DNA of 63,916 nucleotides, the filler included, from Hyphochytrium catenoides (taxonomy: Eukaryota > Protista > Hyphochytriomycota), in the NCBI GenBank assembly GCA_900088475.1. It is 13 parts of 13 records of this genome, joined end to end, with 100 filler letters (N's around TTAATTAATTAA, not from the genome) between each part and the next. Parts side by side here need not be neighbours in the genome. Positions count along the whole stretch, not along the records: positions 18,460 to 34,203 come from FLMG01003353.1; positions 34,304 to 36,443 come from FLMG01004324.1; 11 more parts are not named here. One strand, 5' to 3'. A program made the translations under genes and the position numbers. How positions within the stretch are numbered: position 1 is the first letter of the stretch; each line of letters starts with the position of its first letter. Below the pieces are notes generated by a model. That model was not told the origin of the DNA and made no database searches. It saw nothing but the letters and a program-made list of their open reading frames with translations. Positions 24,595 through 36,208 of the stretch are shown here, one piece after another.

Positions 24595-26738
24595 CAACTC
24601 TCTCTGTCTCTCTTCCTATACAGAGAATGCAAGTTTCGTGAGTCTGAGGTGGATGCGAAACAACGCGAACGGCTGGAGCTTCTGCGGACCGCAATGAGCG
24701 TGAGGGAGCAAGAAAATGAGGCGCTGGCAGACAGAAGAGTCGACGCTTTAAGACAGAGCAGAGTGGAGGTACGGAGAGATAGCGGAAAGCGAGAAAGAGA
24801 GAGTGAGAGAGAGAGAAGGGAAGGTTCAGGTTGCAAAAGTTGAACATAAAGCAAGGGCCGTCAACTATTTCTCTCTTTCACTGGTGCTCTGTAGTCTCTC
24901 TGCCTCAATGCAACCTCTCTCTCTTTCTTCTCTCTCTCTCTCTCTAGGTCTTCCTTGGCATTTCTTTCCCCTCTTGTTTCTCGATCTCGTGTGTCTCTCA
25001 GACTCTTTCTCTACGTCTTTCTTGTTCTCTCTCCTTCTCACTCTCTCCTGTTGATTTCTCTCCCTTCCGGTATATAATTTCATAGAAAAAGACAATCGCA
25101 TTGGAGGAGATAGAGAGAAAGAGAGTGAAGGCTCTTCGGCAGCTTTCAAAGCAGCGACAAGCTCTCTCTTCGGTGATTGAGGGAAAGAGAGGGAGAGACA
25201 TCATTGACGAGTATTCAGACCGTTCCTCTTCTGTCTATGCCGAGGCCAGGATGAAAGGGAAAGTCCTCTCTTCTCCCACTCTTGGGAAGGCGCTAGAGGG
25301 CTCTCTTCTCACTAGCACACTGCAGGTGGGGGTGACGAGGGCAACGGATGTCTCTCTCTCTCTCTCTCTTTGCTTTCTTCCTATCTCTCTTGCTACCTTT
25401 CTTTCTTTTATTCTCTCTCTCTCCCTCTTTTATTTGGCTTCTTATCTCTCTTGCTACTTTCTTTCTTTAATTTTCTCTCTCGCTCTTTTATTTGGCACAG
25501 CCTTGTGCTGGCTCTTCGTTCTCTAGTATCAAAACAGTCCTTCCATCTTCTGTCTCTCGTCTCTCTCGGTAGCTCTCTCTCTCCCATTGTAACATTCTAT
25601 CGGTAGAACTCTCTCTGTCCCTTCACTGCGTGTCTCTCGCTCTCTCTGTATTCTCTTCTGTCTCTCTCTTCTTGTCTTTCCTTCCATCTGTTTCTTCCAG
25701 CTTACCGCTAGTCTTTCTTTGCTTTTCTTTCTCCCTCACTTCTCTCGCTCACCTTCCGTTCTTGTCTCTCTCTCTCTCTCGGTCTCTCTTTCTCCGTCTC
25801 TGCACCTGCAGGGACTAAGCGAGCTCGAGTCCAAGCTGGGAAGAGAAATAACTGCCATCAACAGCTCGGGTGCCCCGAAGACTAGAGAGGAAGAAGAGGA
25901 AGACAAGAAGAGAAAGCAGCTGCAGGGACATCTTGACTATGTCGCAGCTCTCATAGCGGTAAGTGAACGAAGAGGGGAAAGAGAGAGAGACAGAGAGAGA
26001 GAAAAGAGAGAGATAGAGAGAGAAAGGATGTACTGCGGAGCTCTTTTATTTTCTGCTATATTGCCTAACACATCTTAGAATATAAGGCTCTTCTCCGTCA
26101 CAGCTCTCTTTCTGTCTTTCGCTTAGTTTAGTGTCTCTCTCTCTCTCTCTCCTAGGCGATACTGACCTTTCTCTCTGTCTTTTCTGATTCTGCGTTTGGC
26201 GCTGTTTGCCTCCTTTCTCTCTGTTTCCTCTCTCTCGCTCTCTCGCTCTCTTCCCTGGGAGACAGAAAAGCAATAGCAAGGGAGGAGACACCTCCTACGT
26301 GGCCAAAGAGGGCCATCAGGGAAAAAGAAAGAAGCAGCAGATGGACTTTAGGCCAGCAACCCCAGCAGTACAAAGTTAGAGACGGCTGCTCTGTCATCTC
26401 TATGTGTCTCCTCTCCCTTCTCTCTCTCTCTCTCTACCTAGCCTCCTCTTACCTCAACAGCTCTCGGGGTTGCTCCGATCTCTCTCGCTCTCTCTCTCCT
26501 TTGTTTCCCTTCCGCCTTGCTATTTCTGACCCTGGCTTTCCCCTCTATCTAGCGCCCCTCTTTGACTGCGGCTCTCTCTGTCTCTCTCTCTCTGTTTCTG
26601 TGTCTTTTCGGCTTCTCTGTCCTGTCCTTCGTTTCTCCTTCGTATCTTCCCTCTCCATTTCTCTCTCTCTCTCCATTTCTCTTTCTCTGTCTTCCTCTAT
26701 TTCTCTCTCTCTCTCTACATTTCTCTCTCTCTCTCTAC

Positions 26739-26779
<41 letters not shown>

Positions 26780-27416
26780 AGTATTGCTCTCGTCCATTCA
26801 ATCCTCTGCCATATTTTACTTCTATTTTCTTCCGCTCCCTAATCTCTGTTTCTCTCTCTTCTCCTCGTCTCTCTCTCTCTCTCCCCCTCTCACTGTCTCT
26901 CAAGCCTACAAATCGGCGGATGAGGAGAGACTGCGCGCGCTGGTGTTACTTCAGAAGCTTATCAGAGGGAGAGCTGCGCAGAATTGTATGCACGCAGGCA
27001 GGCAAAAGAGGTGAGAGAATGGAAAGAGAGAGAGAGAGAGATTTGAGGTTAGTGAGAGAACGATCTGCGAGGGAAGAGAGAGAGGGCAGGGAAAAGAGAA
27101 CAGGAGAAAATTACCTTAGGGACAAAAGAAGAATTGAGACGAGAACGACAGTCAGGGCAAGGCGCAGAAAAAAGAGAGAGAGAGAGAGCACTGAATTCCA
27201 GAGCAATTCTAGGGCGTTGGAACGTGAACTCATACCTCTGAACATCTAGAGTGACGGGGAGAGAAAGGCAGAGAGGGCATGTGAGAGAGTTAGAGAGAGA
27301 GAGATACGGAGAGCGGGTATCCAAGGGAAAGGAAATGATTGTGAGAGGGAAGAGTTGCGACGACGAGCTAGAGTGGAAACCCCAGTTGGTGGACGACGCT
27401 TGACTTAAGATGTGGC

Positions 27417-27452
<36 letters not shown>

Positions 27453-27731
27453 TGCCTTTCTCTCTCTCTATTCGTGGGTTGTCTATATGCTTCTTCTCCA
27501 TGCTCTCTCTTCTGAAGGCTGGCGCTAATCCAAGAGCTACGAAGAAGTGCTCCAGTTATGATTTTGAAAGAAGACGAAAAGAAGAGTGACCCAGGGAAGA
27601 GAGAGAGAGAAGAAGAAAAGAGAAGACTTATCGAAGGAACAATCGCCAAAGCTCATGGAGAAATTGTCTCCATGCTGCTGGGTCGCCTAACGAAACAGAG
27701 CTGGGCCTTAGCTGAGGAAGAAGGATCTTGA
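22438..27731 (+). CDS. CFAP91: Cilia- and flagella-associated protein 91 (MAATS1); 10 exons: 22438-22474, 22785-22932, 23424-23614, 24145-24289, 24624-24768, 25086-25325, 25812-25958, 26266-26374, 26905-27010, 27518-27731
   Basis: Motifs RAYDAVFDPVYT, GQRYKYFDRPVIP, VQTKYRESDVQTDPYSPE, GLPAGLREIEQIERIREK.AWEASLPP, RDIIDEYSD..SSVYA, RPATP and LLQKLIRGRAAQN.M..GRQKRLALIQELR. All junctions are in phase. Confidence 0.9.
23620..23855. repeat. Degenerate ~14-bp minisatellite (TCTGCAAAACTYTG-like) in CFAP91 intron 3
   Basis: More than 10 recurrences of TCTGCA(A/G)-type units. Confidence 0.75.
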
Positions 27732-28194
27732 GAGGAAGAAAAGGAGGCAGAATGAGGAAAGACAAGAGAAGAACGGGACAAGAGAGAGAGAGAGAAAAGA
27801 AAGGAACAAGCCTGTATGCTATCCGAACTGACTGTATTACTATCATAATATGTGGCTCCAACCACTAGACTTCCAAAAGCTAGGAGAGAAAATGAGGGTG
27901 GCGAACAGAGAGAGAGAGAGAGAAAGGAGAGAGAGAAGGAGAAAGAGAGAGGCTGGACCCACGGATGGTGGCTCGTCCTTTCTCCTTTCTCTGTCTCCCC
28001 CTAATCTAGTCCTAATGACTGTGTGGCCTTCTTTCATCCCTCTGCTGTTGTGCCCTGCACTCTGTCCCTTGCTCTCTTCCAGGAGACAGCTAAGATCTTA
28101 CTCTCGCCGTCTCCATTGTTCCTCTCTCTCTCTCTCTCTGTCTTTGATTCTCTTCCTTTTGTCTCTCTGCTTTCTCTTACTCATCAACTTTTCT

Positions 28195-30164
28195 TCAAGG
28201 AGATTGCGATGGAGTCTCTTCATCGTCAAGAACGATGGTAACGGTCTCTCTCCTTCCTGATCCTACTGATCTAATGCTTCCTCTGGCCGCCGGAGGAGGG
28301 GCTTCGTCATCACTACAGAGAGCAGGAAAGAGAGAGAGAGCAGGAAAGAGAGAGAGAGAGCAGGAAAGAGAGAGAGAGAGAGAAGGAAGAGAGAGGGACA
28401 CAGAGAAAGAAGGCTGTGTTAAGCGCGATACTGAGGATCAGAACCCATTTTAGCAAGCAAACGGGAGCCCCTGATGGACAGAAAAAACCAAGAAAGAGAG
28501 AGAAGAGAGAAGAAAGAGACTCATTGGAAGTCAACCATAAGAAATTCTTAGAAAAAAGTGGGCAGAGGTCGAAGAACGAGGAAGATAGAGACCAGGGCAA
28601 GCAAACACTCTTCCCTCCTTTCCCCTTCATCGAACACCGAGATATAGTCGTCCTTTCATCCAATGTTCTCTCCCTTTCTCTCTCTCTGTCTCTCTCTCCC
28701 CCTCTACCTTTCTCTTTCTTCCTTCCGACTCACCTGTCATCAAGAAGGTTCACAGGGTTTTCAGCAGAGTTGCCAGTAGAGAAAACTGGCCGGGGCGCAG
28801 AAAAGAGACGATTGGGAACCGAAGGAGGAAAGCCCGCAAGGAGATCACTAAGATTTACAGGTCGACGAGGAGAGGGACGATCATGATTCTCTTCGTCCGA
28901 AGAAGAGAAAGGAGAGAATCGCGGCAACAAGTCCACCGGCCCCTCGTGGAATATGTTCAACCCTCGAGGTCTTCGTCCATTTCTTAGCGCGTAGAGGAGA
29001 ATCTGCGAGAAGAAAGGGAAAGAGGAAACCATTCTGCCGTCGCCTCCTCCTGCTGACCCGTAAGCAGGGACATTGCGAAGATCTTTCCGCCTTACGCGTG
29101 TAATCTTTGGCTTCTTTTTCTTTCCCTTGGGAGAGAAACGAAGAGAGACAGAGGGAGAGACAGAGAAGAGAAGACAGATAGAGCGCACAGAGAGACAGAG
29201 AGAGAGAGAGAGAGAGAGGACGGACACAAGGGCAGCAGTGAGCGAGTGCGGGCGAAAAGCAAGAAAGAGATTAGAAGTTGAGCGGCGGGAAGAAACAGCA
29301 AGAAACCCTCAGGAAGTGGAGAAACTCCTCTCCCTTTTTTCTCTTTCTCTGGTTTCTCAAGCCCCTACATTCTGCCATGCGCACAAGGCTCTGTCATCAC
29401 TCCTTCCTTTCTTCCTGCGTTGTCTCCTCTCTCTTTCTCTTTTCAACAGCCCCTATCCCGGCTTTCTCTCTCCCTCTCTCCCTTTTCTCTTTCTCTCTAT
29501 CTCTCTACTCTCCAGCCTGGTGTATTCTTCCTAATCCTTCTTCTCTCCTCTCTGTTGTCTCTCTTCTCTTACCTGCGCATCTACCCCGTCCTCTATCCTG
29601 GAAATGGAACTAAATCTTTTCTTGCATAACGGGCACTGATTGGTCTGCTTCGACCACTGAGAGAAGAGAGAGAGAGAGGACCGGGAGAGAGACGACAGGG
29701 AGACAGGGAGATAAATTTGGATGTTAGGCTAGACTGAAAAGAAAAGAAGGCAACGCGACGGGAAAGAAGGGAAGGAAAGACGGACAGATAGAGAGACGCA
29801 AAAGAAAAATGGTATGGCCTAGACAATGAGAGAGAGAAAAGAGAGAGAGAGGCTGGCACAGAAAAATATGACGTGCTATTGGGACTGCCAGAGAGAGGGA
29901 GAGAGAGAGACAGAGAGAGAGAGTTACCTTGAATATACATTCATAACAGAAGACATGGTCTGGGTTGGCCATTGGTGGCCACGCAACGGCAGACCACGAT
30001 CCGCACAGTGAACGTCAGGAGGACAGGGAGAGAGACGACAGGGAGAAAGAATTTGGCAGTTAGGCAAGGCTGAAAGGGAAAAAAGGCAACGCAACGGGAA
30101 AGAATAAAAGACAAGACGGACAGATAGAGAGACGCCAAAGAGAAAGATGGAATGGCCTAGACAA

Positions 30165-30201
<37 letters not shown>

Positions 30202-30633
30202 AGAGTGAGAGCGCCAGTCCCTCCACATACCGCATGAAGGGAGATGTCCCCTGATCTTTGGAATCTCAAAGCAGATGGAGCAGGACGCCGCAGAAGCATT
30301 AGCTCCACTTCCTCCTCCTCCATCAGCGCCCACAGTGCCATCGACGCACCCCGAAGACCCTGCGGCAGCGTCTGACTGGCTGATTAGCTCATGCGGTCTC
30401 TTCCTGCCAGCAGGAGCACGGCCTTTGCCCTTTCTATACTGAGAGGAAGCAGCCGCAGGAGGAGAAGAAGGGGTAGAAGCAGTATTAGACGGGCGAGAGC
30501 GCGGTGTGCTTCCTCTCCGATTCTGCCCGGACGACGAAGAAGTCATCGGTTGTTGAGGGGAGCCATTCGCTAAGACTGGCGCCGGACGAGAAAGAGTGAC
30601 CGTGCGTGTCGCGCTGGCACGGCGGGACGACAT
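28195..30633 (-). CDS. RING-HC (C3HC4) finger protein, probable E3 ligase; exons 30633-30231, 29959-29928, 29656-29573, 29125-28734, 28312-28195
   Basis: Spliced RING: CSICFEIPKIRGHLPSC|DHVFCYECIFK|WSKQTNQCPLCKKRF. It has a Ser/Arg-rich N-terminus and a low-complexity C-terminus. Confidence 0.87.
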
Positions 30634-33600
30634 TTCTCTTTCTTATTACCAGTGCTCGCGTCTTTCTTTAAGACTGTTGGCAATAGAGAGGCGAAGATGA
30701 GTCAATGAACAGGAGAAAGAGAGAAGGAGCTCCAGGGAACTCAACTATTGGAGAAGCTTATGAGGAGCAAACTGCCTGAACGAGTTCTGTCTCTCTCCTC
30801 CTCGCTGTCTCTCGATCTGCTCCTCTCCCTTCCTCTCTCTTCCTCAGGCTCTGGAAGGCCTTCTTCTTCTCGGAAGCAGCGAGTCAAAAAGTGGAGAAAA
30901 TCTCTACTTCAGGTCTGCGGGCTTCAGACTCATTGCGTTGCGCCAGACCCACTATCTATAGCGCTAGCATTTTAATACATAACACAAGTAACTACCTCAC
31001 ACACTACTCGTTTCGAACCCGTTCGTTGTGCTTCGAAAGTGACTTGGTGGTGAAAGTGCTGTTGTTTCTGGTTTGTTGGGTTTTATTCTTGATCAGTATT
31101 GCTCCTAACAACGAATGTGAACCAGATGTGTTATATTATCAGGGATATCGGCTCTGCAAACTGCTGAGAGAATGACGTGGGAGGAGCTTTTGACCTTCAG
31201 GGGAGGATCTGAAAACAGACAGAGAGAGAGAGAGATAACAGAGAGAGGGGCAAAGCCATCAGTAGATACTAGGTATAAGAAGCGGACGAGGAGACAGAGA
31301 GACAAGAAAGAGAAAGAGGGGCCAAATGCAGTCAGTGTGGGAGTGAAGGACAGGAAGGAGGGCAAAAGGAAGGAAGCAGAGACAGAAAGAGTGCGACAGA
31401 GAACAAAAGACAGAGGCGGAGAGAGAGAGACAGATTGACACAGAGAGAGAGGAAAACAGAGATATAGAGAGAGACAGCGAGAGACAGAGAGAGTGATAAT
31501 AAAAAGATCTCCTATAAGTAAGTTGGCCTGTGATCACTCAGGACCCTCAGGCGCCCTGTCCCTCTCTCTCCGCTGCTGAACCCCAGCTTACATGCTGCCT
31601 TCGGCAACAGCTGAAAGGCCAAACGCAACCGCCAGTCGCGCTTTCGCGGGGGACCTGGGCGGTGGTGGATCATCGTACACCTCGCAGGAGGTGCCTAAGG
31701 AAGCTGGGGGATTCGAGTTATGCAGTCTGGGAAACGGCGTAGTGATGACTGTAGTGCTCATGTCCAAGCGCTGCTGGGCTCTAAGTGGATCCTGATATAG
31801 GGCAGGATGTTTCCAGGCATATGACTGACCAGAACCTGAGATCAAAGGAGACTCCTCACAGCAGCAGCATCATGTGCTCTGTCTAGAGGAGCCTCAGCAG
31901 CTGGACTCCTCAACGTAGCACCGGCAACGTCCCCCGCGGCGGAAGTGTGGGATAAATGGTTGAATCCCAGGGCTCACTTAGAGATTATTAGGATTAATCG
32001 AGAGCTGACGTCTACTTCTGAATGAGAGCGGACCACTGAATACCGCAAAAGAAGAGGAAAGATGTGCAAGCAGCTCATTCTCTTGACTGAATTATAAAAA
32101 TCTTTGAGCGCTGCATGGCTATAGCAAACCAGAGATCAGCATTGATCTGTCACAGCTTGACCCTGAACTGCTGATGGACCTGCTGAGGAGGCAGAACCAC
32201 AGGAAACTAGTTAAGGATAATCTTTGACCGTTGGTCTGGGGCTTGGAAGACTAGAAAGCTGAAAGAAGAAGAGTAAGCGCGGTATGTTAGCTCCTTTCTT
32301 CCTCTCTCTCTCACACACAGCATCCCTGAGGTCACGCTGACATGGAAGACCTCCAACCTTCGTTTGCCTACTGGAACTCTTCGGTATAGCCGCTGTCTAG
32401 CTGAACCGAGCGACAAGAATAGTTTCAGAGAGAGGGATTCTTGCATCTGTTAGCACCCACAAAGAGCTAGCAATAGGCAAGGATAGCGGGAGGTCAAGAC
32501 GTAACTCTCCACGCCTAGCAGTAGCTACCAGAATGCCGTAACTGCAAACGCAGCCACGCGAAACAGCCACTGAAAGACCTGAGAATCACAGTCAGACTTA
32601 GGAGTATCGATAAGATCCATTCCTTCTGCGGAGGTCTCTCACACGGAGAAGTTGAGGGTGGCAAAGCCAATCGAAAGGCCGAGGAACAAGCAACTTAAAG
32701 CCGCGCCTGCCGACTTTTTTACCAGAACTGACACATCCTAGCTATCTTTGCCCTCCTGTGGCCAAACTTTACGTTGGCAGAGCTGGATAGCAGTAGCGCC
32801 ACCCAGACGAGTGAACAAACATAAGCGCATACATAGAACTAAAATGTGGTGGTAAGAACGGCTTCTCCAGCCAGAAAATCTCTGAATAAAGAGGAGCAGA
32901 GTCTCTGTTTTGCCATCCGATCCGACCTCCAAAAGTGTGGAGATGAAGATTATTGCCAAGCAGAGATAGTCGGTCACATTTAGAATAAAATGGCGCAAGA
33001 AGCATATAATTATAGATCAATAATGCTAAGGTTCCAAATATGAGTTGCCTTTATTCTGACTGTTATATCCCACACCTTCCCCAGGAGTTGTGGGTGGCAG
33101 ACTGTAGATTGGTCTCTCCTTCCCAGAGCCAGAGTGCAAAAGAGATAAGAGAGAAGAGGTGACGACTGGTGGCATTGTAGCGCGGAAACCGAGAGACAGA
33201 GTGAGAGACAGAGAGAGGGAGAGAGAAACTCGAGGTCAAGAGAGAGAGTTCTCGCCATTCAGCGCATTTATGAAGATCAGGTCATCGGCAATCGCATCTC
33301 TTTCTGTCGGCCTCTCTCTCTCTCTCTCTGAGTCTATAGCTCGCTGAAGCAAAGATCGTTAGGCGAAGGCGAAGTGCTACTTCGCTAGATATATAAGTGA
33401 GAGATTGAAAGGAGGAGTGTGGCTTGTCCTCTTCCAGGCTCCATAAAATCCATCCAAGATGCAGAGATCTCTGACTGTTTTGCCGCGGAGATGTGTTGGC
33501 GTCTCAGCCGCACAGCAGGGCCAACGCTTCCTTGTTAGAGGCGGCGCCCCTCCTCCTCCTCCTGCCTTCTATAGGAACAAGGTTCCAGAGAAAACGGTGT

Positions 33601-33939
33601 GTCTCTTTTGCTGACCTGGTCACCGTGAACGATTATCTTCCCGGCAGTTTGACTCTATCTAACTAGCCTATCCAGAGAGACAGTGTCTTTGTCCCCCATT
33701 CTGTCTTGACAGCCCTTGCAACCCTCACTTCTCTCTCTCTCTCTCCCTCTTTTTCTCTCTACGCTCTATCTCCTCCCTCTAGACCTTATCTCCTTCTTTC
33801 AAAAAGCAACCACTCTGATAAGTAGACAGCTGTGGCCGCTCTCGCTTTCAATTGTCCTGGCATCTCTCTCGCTCTCTTCCCTCTCTTTGTCTTCTTCACC
33901 TCACGCTAATTATTTCGGTTCTCTGGTGCCTCTTATAGT

Positions 33940-33985
<46 letters not shown>

Positions 33986-34338
33986 CCCGATTCTTGTGCT
34001 TCCTCTCCTTCTCTCTCTTGTGCTTCCTCTCCTTCTCTCTCTCGTCCTCTTTACCTTTTCATCAGTTTTGCTCTCTATCATTCTCCTTCTTCCTTCGTTC
34101 ATGCCAACACGAAGTCACTCCTTCTCTCTGTGTTCGATTTCTCATATTACTTTTTTTTTCTCTCTCTCTCTCTCTCTGCTCTGTCTCTCTCTCTTTAGCT
34201 GCCNNNNNNNNNNNNNNNNNNNNNNNNNNNNNNNNNNNNNNNNNNNNTTAATTAATTAANNNNNNNNNNNNNNNNNNNNNNNNNNNNNNNNNNNNNNNNN
34301 NNNTCAGTCTGCAGATTCGATCCGTGGCGCAGTCTTGG

Positions 34339-34890
34339 CTAATACCGAGACTGTCTCAGTCTCCTTCTACTTCTCGGCTCTCTTCTGACCCTTTCCCTCC
34401 TGTCGCTTCTGTTCACGGTGACTTGTGCCTCTCTCCTTTCTATGGCTCTAAGAAAGTTGGCCGCCGCCGCGGACAGGTCGTAATGTGGTAATGCTAGGTG
34501 CAGGTCTTCTTCAACATGCCGATGAAGCCTTGCGACCTCCTCATGGCCAAAGCCGCACAATCTCTTTCCTTGGCTCAGCAGTGAGAATGCACCAGGGTCT
34601 ACATCAAACGCCTTAGCCACGGAGAGCCAGACTTTCATGGCCGTCGTGGAATGGCCTTCCCGCCCTATTTCTACTTCAATGATGCGCCGGTAGGCCTTTG
34701 GATGGACAACCCTCGCACGAAACAATGGCCCGCCAGCGAAGGCACTTCTTTCGTCGAGGAGCATCGTCACGGACCATTCAACAGTCACGAACGCGGATTT
34801 TACGAGGACCCCAGGAGGAAGAGTTGTGAGAGCTGTCAGTCCATCCCGAAGACGGATCTCAGGTAGACCTCCTCCTGCTGCCTTTATTAA
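34339..34890 (-). CDS. Hypothetical protein (probably a terminal exon) with a possible divergent ubiquitin-like fold
   Basis: Non-repetitive open frame with IIEVEIG...TTAMKVWLSVAKAFDVDPGAFSLLSQGKRL...LHLAL, which resembles the beta-grasp pattern of ubiquitin. Confidence 0.35.
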   Translation of the reverse strand, partial: LIKAAGGGLPEIRLRDGLTALTTLPPGVLVKSAFVTVEWSVTMLLDERSAFAGGPLFRARVVHPKAYRRIIEVEIGREGHSTTAMKVWLSVAKAFDVDPGAFSLLSQGKRLCGFGHEEVARLHRHVEEDLHLALPHYDLSAAAANFLRAIERREAQVTVNRSDRRERVRREPRSRRRLRQSRY

Positions 34891-35655
34891 TCTAGTCTGG
34901 ATGATCAACCATAACACCAAGGTTTGTGAAGCTGATTCTTGCACCTTTGTATGTATGCTCTCTTTTCACGCCAGCAACTAGAGGCCTAATAAGTATCATA
35001 GTCTAAGAGGGAACGAATACAAAGAATAAAGAAGCATTAATTAATAAGGATTCAGGGGGAAAAGGAGATAGTCGATTGGCATTACCTGCCTTAAAAGGAT
35101 GGGCCTTACTATCGTTGTTACCTCTGTCCGCCGTGCTACGCAGAAGAAAATGTGCAGCGGTACTCCTACGGAGCGCTGTAACGGCGTTCTCTACATTGCT
35201 GATAAAGGCGTCCATCCTAGACCTCCTGTCTCGTGAGAAAGAGCCTTGCATGTACCTGGCGATGGTGGTTCTATGGAGCCTGACGCCTGTTACCTGATAG
35301 AGTGTATTCAGCAACGTCCGGACACCGCTCTGCCTTTCCTCGGTAATCTCGCCTCCAGGAACTTGAGTACGCGTTGATCCCTAGGATCTGATATTAAGCA
35401 ACTAGTAGCAGGTGGCCGATACCGGGAACGAGGGAGAAATAGGAGGTGTTGAGATGGGACGGAGGCTCTGTTGTGCTAGCATCTGAGAGTGAAGACTCGC
35501 TTTCTTGCTCAGTAGGCTCTGTATTGTCGTCATAGGTAGGAGAAGACCCATTCAGTCGTGGTGCCACTCTATGTATTCAAAACCCTCACCTATTATTATA
35601 AGCTGTCTTCTACCCGCAGAAGGACAGCCAACTGCCACAGAAGGGCTGAAGAGAG

Positions 35656-36208
35656 AAGGTGGAATATCCAGGGAGGGATATTAGGTTTTCCTGGCGCGGG
35701 TGTAGGATGGGGCTGACCTCCTACGTCACTTTCAGGTTTCCTCGGTCAGCCTCAGCCTCTGCCGCCTGCTCAACTCTAGACACAGCGGCAACCGGTAGAA
35801 GAAGCAAAGCTGACTAGACCTATGCGCTGCCGCAGAACAGTCAACCGCCCGCCCGCCCATCGATGCGGCTTTCTTGGACCAATGCTAGAGGTAGATGATA
35901 GTAGGTATTTAGTTATGTAGGTGAGGTGGTAAGGAGTGCGTACTTAACGCTTAGTTGTTTATCGTTAGTTAGTGAGTTAGGACACGGCTATTACTTATAA
36001 TGCGCCTGGGCCATACTTTGGGGCCAAGAGCCTCCCTTCGCTTGACCCAGCCAGGCGGAACGGAAAGGTCCCAGCAGGCTAGTAATATCAGACGCCGTGT
36101 GACCCCCATCCAAAGGCTTATACACCTTTTCCGCTCTTGTCACGGCATCCGGATGAGCAGAAGGAAAGGTGGAATATCCAGGGAGGGATATTAGGTTTTC
36201 CTGGCGCG
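35656..36208. repeat. Exact 43-bp direct repeat (35656-35698 and 36166-36208)
   Basis: AAGGTGGAATATCCAGGGAGGGATATTAGGTTTTCCTGGCGCG occurs twice, 510 bp apart. Confidence 0.9.
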
